From: Octopus sinensis
Taxonomy: Eukaryota
Direction of reading: 5' to 3'
DNA: 64,000 nucleotides
Assembly (NCBI RefSeq): GCF_006345805.1
Contig: NC_043000.1
Coordinates: 135,036,001 to 135,100,000 of the forward strand
Notes under the pieces: model-generated
The model's database searches: none
Told to the model about the DNA's origin: nothing
What the model saw: only the letters and a program-made list of their open reading frames with translations
Program-made: the position numbers and the translations under genes
Shown here: positions 42,045-53,750 of the stretch, piece by piece
How positions within the stretch are numbered: position 1 is the stretch's first letter
How the letters are laid out: every line of letters starts with the position of its first letter

Positions 42045-42478
42045 ACGTACAATACTCATTTATTGTTATCAAAAAAATTAAAAGCAACGATAAAAGTATT
42101 ATTGTAGTTATGATAAATGTATTATCATGAATAATGATACTGAAAATATCAAAAATGAGGCTAATTTCCCAGCCCCATACCATTATCTACATACCTACAC
42201 ATACACACACGCATACATGCTCTCTTATACACACGCGCACCTTCGCTTTGGGATCACCACTACTTTATTAGCTACCCTTCTTCCTAGCTCTCCTGTGTGA
42301 ACCCTCTGTCCGGCATTCGCAATGATAGGTCTCCTTGTTTCTTTCTGTGTTCCTTTTTGTAGAACAGCATAGGCTCGAAACGTTAAAGACTTTCTCACTT
42401 CCCGAGTGTTAAAGTAATACAGCTGTTTGTTTTCTACACCACCTGTGTTCGTATTTTGTTTTCTTCGTGAATTCTCCC

Positions 42479-42517
<39 letters not shown>

Positions 42518-42604
42518 CTATACCACCTGTCTTCAGCTTTTGTTTTTTGTGAATTCTCCCAATATATATATATATATATAGAAAGAGAGAGGAGGGAGAG
42601 AGAG

Positions 42605-43072
42605 GGTAGAGATACCACAAGGCACCAATGTTTACTGGAAATAGCAGTCGATAAATTTGCGAAGCTATAGTAAAGCGTGACTGTATATATACTGGAAAAG
42701 ACTTGTGAGGGCAGCGAACATGAAAAATTTCGTCTTACCTCTAGTAAGAACATTAGATAAATGGACAACCCAGAATCGGATAATCTAGGACCTAGGTTTC
42801 GGACTCTTCAAATACATTTGTTATCGTAAATTTGATTAGTCTTCTTCAGCTAGATTTACCTGGACAATATTTCAAATGTTGCTACATCAATGCCAGTATA
42901 CTCGCCTGACCGCCTAGCCGTTAACAGAACCGAGAACAGTGAAAAAGTTTTCAATGAACAATTAAATATTGGAATTCAAATGTATTATTTTCCAGTCAAA
43001 TAAAGCACCGTAAAGGTAGAGATATAAATATAGAATAGTGATACAACAAGGCACCAATGTTTACTGGAAATA
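42605..43072. repeat. Unclassified repeat of about 430 bp with a 27-bp terminal direct repeat; second diverged copy at about 49085-49490
   Basis: acaaggcaccaatgtttactggaaata at 42617-42643 and 43046-43072 (spacing 429). Body aligns by eye with 49085-49490. Confidence 0.75.
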
Positions 43073-43146
43073 TATATGGAGACGAATGAAATTGTTTTAA
43101 ATATCATATATATATATATCTATATATTATATATATATATATATAT

Positions 43147-43302
43147 GGGCTTCTTTCAGTTTCCGTCCACTAAATCCACTCATATGGCTTTATGGGGCCC
43201 GAGGCCATAGGACAAGACACCTGCACAACGCAACACGTACTGGGACTGAACTAGGAATCATGTGGTTTGGAAGCAACTTCTTACCCATCAGTCATGACGG
43301 CG
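43147..43302 (-). mobile_element. Family-3 SINE 5' part
   Basis: cttctttcagtttccgtc..aaatccactca..ctgggactgaac matches 24600-24739. Confidence 0.82.
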
Positions 43303-43304
43303 TC

Positions 43305-43336
<32 letters not shown>

Positions 43337-43818
43337 ATATATAGTTAATCCAAACAAGAAAACACAAAAGAACACAACAATATAGTATTATTGGACGCTC
43401 AGGAAAGAAGGGAAGAAGGAGGGCTTAGCGTTTCGAGCGGAGCTCTTCGTCGGAAACATAGGAGAAGGAAAGATCCAGAGAAGGGAAGATAGGGGAAAAA
43501 AATCGCCAACGGTATATATATACATACACATAATTGCTCACATTCAGAAGTGAGAGTTGAAATATTTATTCCACATGTGTACAGCTGTTTCGTTATCTTT
43601 ATCCAGTTACATCATCGGTGCTAAAACGCTTCACACACATAAAGGTAACTTATAATTAAGCATACTTATATGTGTGTAGGATGCCTTAGCGCTGTTGACG
43701 TAATTGGATACTAATAACGAAACACATCTAAACATATGGAATAAATATTTTTATCCCTCACTTCTGAATTTGATTAATTATTATACACGCTTCAATATTA
43801 TGATCCTTGGACTTCCAG

Positions 43819-43896
43819 AAATACGGTTACATTAATTTGTACCCTAATCACAATTATCATCTACTTGATAGTCGAACACCCTGCGGAGAGCTTACC
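43819..43896 (+). CDS. Candidate coding exon, phase 0-0 (KYGYINLYPNHNYHLLDSRTPCGELT)
   Basis: Acceptor ggacttccAG and donor ACC|GTGAGT. Phase-compatible with 44102-44158. Phase 2 is also open and hydrophobic (NTVTLICTLITIIIYLIVEHPAESL). Confidence 0.3.
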
Positions 43897-43977
43897 GTGA
43901 GTATTTTTTTTATTCTTTGAATCCCTATTTCCAGTTGTGTATGTGTGAGAGAGAGTATTTGTGTATATATATATATA

Positions 43978-44011
<34 letters not shown>

Positions 44012-44101
44012 ATGTATGTGTGTATGTGTGCGTGTGTGTGTAGAGAGAGAGAGAGGGGGAGGGAGAAAAAGAGAAAGAAAAAATACAGATTTGTTTTACA
44101 G

Positions 44102-44158
44102 GATTTAAGAGTATACGGGAACCATGATAATGAAGATATACAATTTTGTACAAAATAA
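44102..44158 (+). CDS. Candidate terminal exon (DLRVYGNHDNEDIQFCTK*)
   Basis: Acceptor gatttgttttacAG after a 205-bp microsatellite-filled putative intron; only phase 0 gives more than 8 codons. Confidence 0.28.
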   Translation, partial: DLRVYGNHDNEDIQFCTK

Positions 44159-44333
44159 GGTTTCGAAGTAAGGACCGATTTCGCATTGCTCATCAAACTG
44201 AGAGTTGAAAGATACATTGCTAGGGGAAAAAATATTGCTAAGGGAGATAATTGTTCATTCATTTATCTTGCAGTAAAGGGGAGGTAAATCTGTATTTTTT
44301 TCTTTGTGTTCTCTACTTTATTCTGGCTTGTGT

Positions 44334-44717
44334 GGAGGCGCAATGACCCAGTGGTTAGGGCAGCGGACTCGCGGTCATAGGATCGCGGTTTCGATTCCCA
44401 GACCGGGCGTTGTGAGTGTTTATTGAGCGAAAACACCTGAAGCTCCACGAGGCTCCGGCAGGGGATGGTGGTGATCCCTGCTGTACTCTTTCACCATAAC
44501 TTTCTCTCACTCTTACTTCCTGTTTCTGTTGTACCTGTATTTCAAAGGGCCGGCCTTGTCACTCTCTGTGTCACGCTGAATATTCCCGAGAACTACGTTA
44601 AGGGTACACGTGTCTGTGGAGTGCTCAGCCACTTACACGTTAATTTCACGAGCAGGCTGTTCCGTTGATTCGGATCAACCGGAACCCTCGTCGTCCTAAC
44701 CGACGGAGTGCTTCCAC
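44334..44717 (+). mobile_element. Full-length family-2 (tRNA-Arg, OR-type) SINE, 384 bp, perfect 14-bp TSD
   Basis: A-box TGACCCAGTGG, anticodon-like ACTCGCG, B-box GTTTCGATTCC. TSD attctggcttgtgt at 44320-44333 and 44718-44731. Confidence 0.95.
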
Positions 44718-44779
44718 ATTCTGGCTTGTGTCTTCCATGAGATGAGGTAAGTCCTTTATTTTTAATATGGGTTCATATT

Positions 44780-45690
44780 TAATTCTGATTTATATTTTTT
44801 GGATGAATGAGGCTTCTTTGTTCAATCTTACTTATGTTGAGGGCCAGAAGGCAAGTTGGTAAAATGGGAAAATTACAAATTCTGGTTGTAATCGTTCTGC
44901 ACATTCGTCAATATGTTGACTGAGGTATATTTGGCGATGTTGTGAGGAGGTAATTTGTTGTCTGTAGATCTCTTTCGGATCGAATTTTCTGTTGGCCCAA
45001 TATAGTTTCGATGGCAACCCGAGCATCTGATTACATAAACGAGGTTTTGGGAGGCACAAGTGAAGTTGGATCTGATTTTGAATATTTGTCCTTGTCTGAA
45101 ATGGAATTCCGATCCTTCCAATAGATTGGGACATGTTCCGCAATTAGGGCAAACTCACTTTACGACTCTTGCGTCCTTTGTTCTAGAAAATAGTTTAGCA
45201 TTGGTGGAAATTTAATCAATGTCTTAGGCTGTTTGCTGCTCTTAATGATTTTATGGTTAAGTAGAATTTCCTTAAGTTTTTAAGTTTGGGATCACTATGG
45301 AGTATTAGAAGATTTCGGACGATGATATTGAATGCTTCTTTGTTTCTGGGGTTGTATGTGGAGATATAAGGTAGTGCTTTGAGGGTAGATTTGTTGCTAT
45401 GTTTGGCTTTTCTTAATGTTTTAATATTAATCGATTTTGCAGGTTTAATTCTTTCATTTATGAGTCGAGTTGGGTGGTGCCTGTCCTGGAGTACATTTTT
45501 AAGCTCTTGCACTCTTAGTTCTCAGGTATCTTTTACGTGTATTATGGTGCAAATCCTTCTTGCAAGGTTGAAGGGGACATTTGTTTTCATATGTCTCGGG
45601 TGACATGAACTACATAATAGATATTGTTTAGCGTCTGTGGTCTTGTAAAAAAAAGTATTTTCTAGCTTTTGTTCATTTTTAAATCAGTAT
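44780..45690 (-). mobile_element. Penelope-like element 3' half (RT thumb, linker and GIY-YIG endonuclease)
   Basis: [33 protein letters not shown]; LPYISTYNP..IIVRNL.IL.SDP; FKIRSNFTCASQNLVYVIRCSGCHRNYIGPT..IRKR (PLE CCHH-linked GIY-YIG). 5'-truncated into (TA)n. Confidence 0.92.
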
Positions 45691-45927
45691 ATTTATGAAG
45701 ATATATATATATATCTTCAAAGGCATACTGATTTAAAAAAATAAAGCAAGAAAAGACGTTTTTTACAAAACCACAGATGCTAAAAATATATATCATATAT
45801 ATATATATAAATGTATATATATATGTATTTATATATACATATATATATATTTGTATGTATATATATATTTGTATGTTTATATATATATACATATATATAT
45901 ATATATTTGTATGTTTATATATATATA

Positions 45928-46012
<85 letters not shown>

Positions 46013-46084
46013 AGTATATGCATATATGTACCCATATACATACTTATATATATGTAAATATATTTTATATATGAATATTTCAAA

Positions 46085-46790
46085 AGCGCTGCTTTCAGTC
46101 TGTAAATTACAAGCAAAATATACAGGACCAAATTGTGTTGCAGTCTCGGGGACACTGTTAGTGCATGATCTGCAAATTAACATAAAGCATCATTCTATAT
46201 ACATATTACTAAGATAGCAACAATGTGCAGACAACTGGCTGGTTAAATTCTGATATCATTCAGAGCAAATGAAAAAGAATACATTTTGGTCCTGTGGAGA
46301 ACATCTGTTCTCAGTCTCCCAATTACAGTCGCCACATAACGTCCAACTAACAGCAGAGCTCGAGGTTATCCAACGCTATCACACCAAGAAGATTTCCATG
46401 TGTGTGTATGTATGTATGTATGTATGTATTATGTATGTATGTATGTATGTATGTATGTATGTATGTATGTATGTATGTATGTATGTATGGAGAGTCTAGC
46501 TCCTAAATTTGTGACTGAAAGCCTTACCAATCCCTGAACTGGACACCACTGCATAGTATAAGTGGCCATACTACAGTCATTTAATATCAGGACCCAGTAC
46601 TGTAACAGCTTAAGGTTCAAGAGCAAACAGCTTTTTCCAAAACTACCTGAGATATGTGTCAAAAAAATTTCAAAGAAATTTCTCCTGAGATACCAGATGA
46701 ACACACATTAAAGCAAAAAATGCAAATAAGGACAGCGTCGTCTGCCTCACTGGTTTACCAGAACCAAATACGGAGGCAGGGTCATGGAAG
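46085..46790 (+). mobile_element. CR1-like LINE 3' fragment split by (TATG)n
   Basis: SQLQSPHNVQLTAELEVIQRYHTKKI; RTQYCNSLRFKSKQLFPKLP; same family as 4190-7200. Confidence 0.75.
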
Positions 46791-46886
46791 CGAAATGAAA
46801 TAAAATACACTCACATCAATGGTAATACTCCAGCTTTTCCACAGCCTCAGACTGAAAAAGAAAACATTATAAGTATAAATGTATAT

Positions 46887-46936
<50 letters not shown>

Positions 46937-46943
46937 ATGATAA

Positions 46944-47002
<59 letters not shown>

Positions 47003-47006
47003 CTGC

Positions 47007-47235
47007 GGCGAGCTGGCAGAAATGTTAGCATGCCGGTCGAAATGCTTAGCGGTATTTCGTCTACCGTTACGTTCTGAGTTCAAATTCCGCCGAGGTCGAC
47101 TTTGCCTTTCATCCTTTCGGGCTCCATAAATTAAGTACCAGTTGCGCACTGGGGTCGATGTAATTCACTTAATCCTTTTGTCTGTCCTTGTTTGTCCCCT
47201 TTAAGTTTAGCTCCTTGTGGGCAATAAAGAAATAA
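47007..47235 (+). mobile_element. Family-1 SINE inserted at the edge of a (GATA)n array, TSD about 12 bp
   Basis: gatagatactgc before and gatcgatactgc (47236-47247) after the element. Confidence 0.9.
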
Positions 47236-47303
47236 GATCGATACTGCTATGTCTACAAGAGTCAGTATGCCAATTCTATTAACAGACGCATTGGCTCGAT
47301 TTC

Positions 47304-47548
47304 ACTCCTTTATTATTAGTCAAATGCTTAAACATCCAACTAATTAATCAGTTGTTTGTTTAATTTGGTTAAACAATAAGTTTGTTTTGTTTTTCTTTGT
47401 CAAAGTTCTACTTGCAATCTTTTCAATGGCTTTCTTCTTTTGACAAACACATACAAAAAAAGCAAAATAACTTATTGTTTAACCAAATCAAACAAACAAT
47501 CGATTACTTAGTTGGATATTTAACCAACTGACTAATAAAAAAAGGAGT
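47304..47548. mobile_element. MITE / fold-back element with TIRs of about 105 bp
   Basis: Left arm actcctttattattagtca..ttaaacatccaactaattaatc..ttgtttgtttaatttggttaaacaataagtt..tttgtcaaag is the diverged reverse complement of ctttgacaaa..aacttattgtttaaccaaatcaaacaaacaa..ttagttggatatttaa..tgactaataaaaaaaggagt. CTCC..GGAG|TA ends suggest Tc1/mariner derivation. Confidence 0.85.
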
Positions 47549-47700
47549 AGTATCGGACTAGTGCGTGCGTTGATAATATTGGCATAATGACTCACCCTAG
47601 ACACAACAAAATTTGTTTCAACACACGAATTCTCATAAGGTATCTTGCAAACCAGATTCAAAATTGAAATATATGCATACACACACACACAGACACACGT

Positions 47701-47787
<87 letters not shown>

Positions 47788-48213
47788 ATATAGTTAATCC
47801 AAACATGAAAACACAAAGAGAAAGCACAACAACGCGAGGACGTGGAACAAGTATAGTGTTATTGGGCGCTCAGGAAAGGAAAGAAAAAAGGAAGATTTAA
47901 CGCTTCGAGCGGAGCTCTTCGTCAGAAACATAGGAAAAGGAAAGTTCCAAGGAAGGGAAGACGGAGGGAAAAAATCGCCAACGATACACACGCGGTCACA
48001 TTTTGATATATATATATTATATATATAATATATATATTATATATATATATGTATATTGGCAGGGCTGGCCTGCTAGCTAGCCGGCCAGAACGCTAGAAGA
48101 AGATCATCAACGATCAAACTACAAGGGAAATTCTCTAGAGGAAGAATTCAGCGAACACCAGAACCAACTTTGGCGGGCAGGACATATGAAAAATTAAATA
48201 AATAACAGACTTA

Positions 48214-48289
48214 AATGCATACCTCGGTTTCGGTCTTAACAAAAGAATTACTTGCATAATTCAAGTGTCCGTGACTTCATCAGTACATT
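48214..48289 (-). ncRNA. Minimal type-I hammerhead ribozyme (mirror copy in arm A)
   Basis: Exact reverse complement of 48717-48792. Confidence 0.72.
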
Positions 48290-48716
48290 CGGTCCTCGAG
48301 ATGCAAACCGCAAGACTAACCCCAGCTCTCTGTGTCAAGACAGACACGTGCTTAGTCTTACTGATTACATCGGGATAAAATTTCAAATGTCTTGGTTCTG
48401 GCGCGCTGAGAGACTCCTGAAGCGAAGGGCTGCAGTGAATAATTCACTGCGGGTAGTGCTTACAACTAGGGAACGTATTTATTTAAATATTTAAAAATTG
48501 AGGGAGATAAATTAATATTAATTTTAATATCAATTTAAAACCAGTAGTCCAGCATTCAAAAAATCTGAGGAGTCAGATTTCGCTTCAGGAGTCTCTCAGC
48601 GCGCCAGAACCAAGACATTTGAAATTTTATTCCCGATGTAATCAGTAAGACTAAGCACGTGTCTGTCTTGACACAGAGAGCTGGGGTTAGTCTTTCAGTT
48701 GGCATCTCGAGGACCG

Positions 48717-48792
48717 AATGTACTGATGAAGTCACGGACACTTGAATTATGCAAGTAATTCTTTTGTTAAGACCGAAACCGAGGTATGCATT
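48717..48792 (+). ncRNA. Minimal type-I hammerhead ribozyme; predicted cleavage after A48786
   Basis: Stem I AAUGUA/UGCAUU; core CUGAUGA (48723-29); stem II GUC..GAC enclosing an ACUUG/CAAGU hairpin; GAAA-C-cgag-G-U-A. The near-palindromic ACCGAGGU suggests dimer-type activity. Confidence 0.72.
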
Positions 48793-50559
48793 TAAGTCTG
48801 TTATTTATTTAATTTTTCATATGTCCTGCCCGCCAAAGTTGGTTCTGGTGTTCGCTGAATTCTTCCTCTAGAGAATTTCCCTTGTAGTTTGATCGTTGAT
48901 GATCTTCTTCTAGCATTCTGGCCGGCTACCTAGCAGGCCAGCCCTGCCAATATACACATATATTTGAATTTTCTCTGACTCCTCAGATTATTTGAATGCT
49001 GGACTACTGGTTTTAAATTGATATTAAAATTAATAATAATTTATCTCCCTCAATTTTTAAATATTTAAATTATATATATATATATAGTGGGACAACAAGT
49101 TACCAACTTTTGCTGGAAATAACAGACGATAACCATTCGACGCTTGGTAAAGCTTCACTGAATGTATAGAGACAAAGATGTGTGAGGACAGCGAATATAA
49201 GAAATTTTCGTCTTAACTCAAGGAAGAGGACTAGAGGAGTGGACAACCTAGTACGAGAGTTTCGGTCTTTTCAGTATACGTAAGTTATCGTAAAATTGAT
49301 TGGTCCTAGTCGGCTAGGTCTACCGAAAAGACTAAATTTTAAATATCCGCTACATCAATGCTTGTATACTCGACTAATAGCCCCAGCCATATACAGAATC
49401 GAGATCAGTGAAAACGTTTTATATAAAAAAAATATAAATATTATCACAATACAATAATATTATTTTCCAGCGACATAAAGTACCGTAAAAAAAAAAAACA
49501 TATAATATATGTGTGTGATGAAGTGAATCGAACGGCTTTTGTGTGTTTCTTAAATGGCTTACAAACACCTTCCACGCTGCAATTTTTTTCGTTCCAGCAC
49601 ACGATCTCAGATCAAATCACTTGCTATGCAAGTACATCTCCGTAATATTAAATTTTATTTCATATTTATAGTTTTTTTTTCAGTTGTGTATTTTCTTGAT
49701 ACTAGTGTACATACAATGTGTATACAAAGAGTATTTCTAATTTATATGAGAGCAATTATTCTTTCTTGCTTCGTATGTGTGTGACTCCTTACAAAACATC
49801 AGTGGATGCGAAAAATGAGAATTTTATTTAAAGCACAAGTAAAATTAATAAAAAGAACTAATAGCAGTGAAAAAATAATTTGAATATGTGACCGCGTAAA
49901 ATATAATAATTAGAGAAAAGGCGACAATTGGAAAGGGGTATTTGAAATAATTAGTCAATAATATTATATGGCAGCTGAAGAACATTGTAAATTAATGGCG
50001 TCAATTAAAGTGGCCTCGAGTGAAAAGTGCTTCAACGGGTGTCGTGTGGTGTTGTGATTGTGGAATGTTGATTTTCGGTCATACATTAGCCAAAGAGAAA
50101 AAGGAATAAAAGAAGACGTCAACTTGCCCATCCAAATGTAAAAGAAGCAAGATTTTGGATTCCATCTTGATTCAACTAAGCGTAGAATTACAACAACCCC
50201 CTTGGGGTTGAATAACTTAAACTAAACGACCAAAAACATGTGGAAAAATATAATATGAATTATTATGGCGTAGAAGTAGATTTGGAAATAGATTTGAAAA
50301 TAAAGCAAACTCTGTTATGTGCATGTGTTACTTTTGTGTGTCACCAGGGCGAGTGAATCGGCGCAAAGACGGTGCTATTTTGGATTCCTTGCCATATCTC
50401 ACTAGATGCTATACGTTTCTGTGTTCAAATCTTACTAAGAAAATCTCACCCTAGAATCGAATAATAATACCATTATCATATCGGTACCATTCCCTTTGTT
50501 CAATATTTTTATTGAAAATTTTCTTTTACAGTTGTGTAGAGAATGCTATGAAGCGTTAG

Positions 50560-51480
50560 CAAGAATTTGTTGAATTTGTAGCTTCTATGTTTTCCAAAAG
50601 CATAAATATCACAACTCCTCTACTGTATCACCAAGTGAAACCGCGTTTAAATAGATCCACAGAGTTGCTCTTCTCATGAAACAGCAGCTCACCTCCATTC
50701 AAGGAGACACATTCTGTGTAGATTTAAAGTAACCCACAAATGTATTATTCAATGTATTCCATGCTTCCACCTGAATGATGATCATTCTTGACACTTCGCT
50801 TTGCACAGATGAGTTGTATAAAATGCAGTGCACCAATTTGACCATGTTCCACTCATTCGACTCTCCAGTCTATTTGTACACTGTTGTAGATACTGATGAA
50901 GATCGCAAAAGCGGCGGATAAGGTACTAGATGCGAGCTATTGTTTCCTCTACGTTAACAGTGGTGATGTACATCCCAGCACAGTACTTGTCGCATTTTTC
51001 AATCTCTGTGCTGAATGGAAGAAGTATTGTGCTCTTGAATGTTTTATATGTGTGTAAATGTTTGGAGAGGGCTTTTATTCTACTGACACAAACTATTATG
51101 TTTGAAGTATCCTACTGCAATAAACCATGCAATTCATATGTTTTAATGTTTTCTGGGGTGTTTTTTGTTATTACTTTTCTACTCTTGTTTCTTGAGTTGA
51201 TGGTCTGAAGATGTAGTATATGTATAACACGTAACGATGCACAATGTGTTATTTTGTTTGTTTGTAGTTTGTTGTGCGGTTTGTTCTAAAAAAATATTAT
51301 GAACCCTAGTGTGTCTGGTATTATTCATGATAGATCTTATGTATTCTTCGTGCATCTTAATTGTTGTTGCTTTCTGTTGGCTACATGTGGGAGATGCCAT
51401 TGCTCTAAGTGTGTTTATGCATCGTTTATGTTGTATTTATTGAATTTTCTCTATGCTGTGTCAATGTTGTGTAGGTGTTA
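50560..51480 (-). mobile_element. Possible very decayed R4/Dong-like non-LTR fragment
   Basis: Scattered motifs in the expected order: ELHG, C..C..EETI, NMVKLVHCIL (cf. RH+.V...IH), LW.F.IYT. Many stops; weak. Confidence 0.3.
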
Positions 51481-51481
51481 T

Positions 51482-51896
51482 GTAGGAGAGGCTGTGTGGT
51501 ACTTACCAACCACATGGTTCCAGGTTCAGTCCCACTGCGTGGAACCTTAGTCAAGTGTCTTCTACTATAGCCTCGGGCCGACTAAAGCCTTGTGAGTGGA
51601 TTTGGTAGACGGAAACTGAAAGAAGCCCGTCGTATATATGTATGTGTGTGTGTGTTTGTGTGTGTGTGTTGTGTGTGTGTGTGTGGTGTGTGTGTTTATG
51701 TGTTTGTGTTTGTCCCCCTAACATCGCTTGACAACCGATGCTGGTGTGTTAATGTCCCCGTAACTTAGCGGTTCGGCAAAAGAGACCGATAGAATAAGTA
51801 CTAGGCTTAAAAAGAATAAGTCCTGGGGTCGATTTGCTCGACTAAAGGCGGTGCTCCAGCATGGCCACAGTCAAATGACTGAAACATGTAAAAGAG
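51482..51896 (+). mobile_element. Full-length family-3 SINE with internal (GT)n
   Basis: Head gtaggagaggctgtgtggt..ggttcagtcccactgcg; tail ..ggcggtgctccagcatggcc..tcaaatgactgaaaca.gtaaaagag. Confidence 0.9.
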
Positions 51897-52120
51897 TAAC
51901 TCAGAGTATTTTATCTTGCATCCATGTGGTATGTTAATGCTGATGAGTACGATAGTCAGTTGCTTTTTATTTTGTGATATTACTGGTATGATACCGACTT
52001 TTGTAGGTGAGTTTAAAGTCTGCTGTTTTGGTCTCGTGCTTCACTGTAACTGATGTCATTTTGGAGTAGTTGTGCAGCAGTATCTAAAGAACAGTTAAGA
52101 GATACGAGTGTGATATCATC

Positions 52121-52334
52121 TTATTTATTTACGGCCCACAAGGGGCTACACGCAGAGGAGACAAACAAGGATCAAGTCGATTATATCGACCACAGTGCGT
52201 AACTGGTACTTATTTAATCGACTCCGAAAGGATGAAAGGAAAAGTCGAGCTCGGTGGAATTTGAACTTAGAACGTTGCGGCAGACGAAATACCGCTAAGC
52301 ATTTCGCCCGGCGTGCTAACGTTTCTGCCAGCTC
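52121..52334 (-). mobile_element. Family-1 SINE with a 15-bp TSD and a fold-back filler at its 5' junction
   Basis: TSD agtgtgatatcatct (52107-52121) / agtgcgatatcatct (52355-52369); hairpin 52336-52373. Confidence 0.88.
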
Positions 52335-53304
52335 AACGTAGATGATATCACACAAGTGCGATATCATCTACGTATAAGGTTGTAGGTATGCGCTGAGGAG
52401 GCATTGCATGGTCGTAACGGTGTGGGTTGAAAAGAGTGAACAAGAGGAAGGTTCTTTGTGATATTCCATTCTGAAAATTTCAAATTCCCAAGAGAAACAA
52501 CAATAGATCAAAGTGTTTAAAGAGGAGTCCAAGAGATCAGACAACGTAGCATTAACAGAAGATTAATCAAACAGCTTATGTTGAAATTACAAAGATTTGG
52601 TGACTAAATAGGAGTAGTAAGAGCAGCCACTAAAACACATAATCCTTTTTTTCTAATCACGAGAATATATGGAGTCAGTATGCAATGCTCGAGAAAAGAA
52701 CGCGTTGGTTAAGGTTAGATCAACTTTGATTCAGGGAGCTCATTTAAGGCTAAACTGCAATAACCTGAAATAATGCATATTCATCGGTAAATTTGAGGTG
52801 GGTGTGACGCGGATATGTGTGCGTATTTGTAAAAGTGTGAGCATGTGCTTGAGTTTGTAAGTGAATATGCGTGAATGTGTGGGGAAAAGGACAAGTGAAT
52901 GTGTGTGTGTGTGTGTGTGCGTGTGTGTGTGTGTGTGCGTGTGTGTGTGTATATATGTGTGTGTGTGTGTGTCTGAGTTTCTCCGTCAGAGGTTATTGAA
53001 ATAAATGTTAGACTCTCTCTTGACCAGGTGCACCCATCAAAAACATGATTAATCATTTCGTTCTGTGGAAAAGGTCTTTCCGAACTGTTTTCATGCTAGG
53101 ATTTTAACTCAGCAATGCATAGTGATGAATCCCTCTTCAATTATTCATTGATACCATTGATACTATTGATGCACATCTCTTTGGTAACTACACAAAATTA
53201 GGTGCCTTGGATCGAGAATTAAGGTAATAATGTATGAACAGTTAGCATTTGGTTATTGCATGGTTACAGGAAGCTTTCAGTTTATACATACGTATATATA
53301 TGTG

Positions 53305-53371
<67 letters not shown>

Positions 53372-53619
53372 ATATACGAAACGTAGAGTAGATGAAACCA
53401 TGGCGACTGAAGAAGGGTTTTTTTTCTTTGTGTTAATTGTCCTGTGCTCTATTTTTTTGTTGTTTAAAAAGATGTCCAGTTCCTTGGGTTTGTGTCTATG
53501 TTTTCGTATCTCATTGTGTTCGACGTTTTTCTTGGTGTCCTGTACTCATATATGCGTGTATATGTACATGTAGAGGTAGGTACGTACATATATGTTTATA
53601 TATATGCATATGTTTTATT

Positions 53620-53621
53620 TA

Positions 53622-53663
<42 letters not shown>

Positions 53664-53705
53664 TAGATAGATATAGATATAGATATATATATATATGTGT
53701 GTGTG

Positions 53706-53750
<45 letters not shown>

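Larger units (their letters stand above)
48050..49070. repeat. Interlocked inverted duplication A-x-B-A'-y-B' flanked by (TA)n
   Basis: A 48050-48426 vs A' 48579-48956 (about 5 substitutions and one 1-bp indel by eye). B 48481-48577 vs B' 48974-49070 (2 substitutions). Confidence 0.96.

Noticed and set aside
43861-44262. Minus ORF starting with signal-peptide-like MNEQLSPLAIFFPLAMYLSTLSLMSNA
   Set aside because: It runs into microsatellite, has only a weak donor and no acceptor; + strand splice signals over the same DNA are stronger.
44334-44410. tRNA-Arg(TCG)-like sequence
   Set aside because: SINE head: no proper acceptor stem, and it continues into a SINE body with TSDs.
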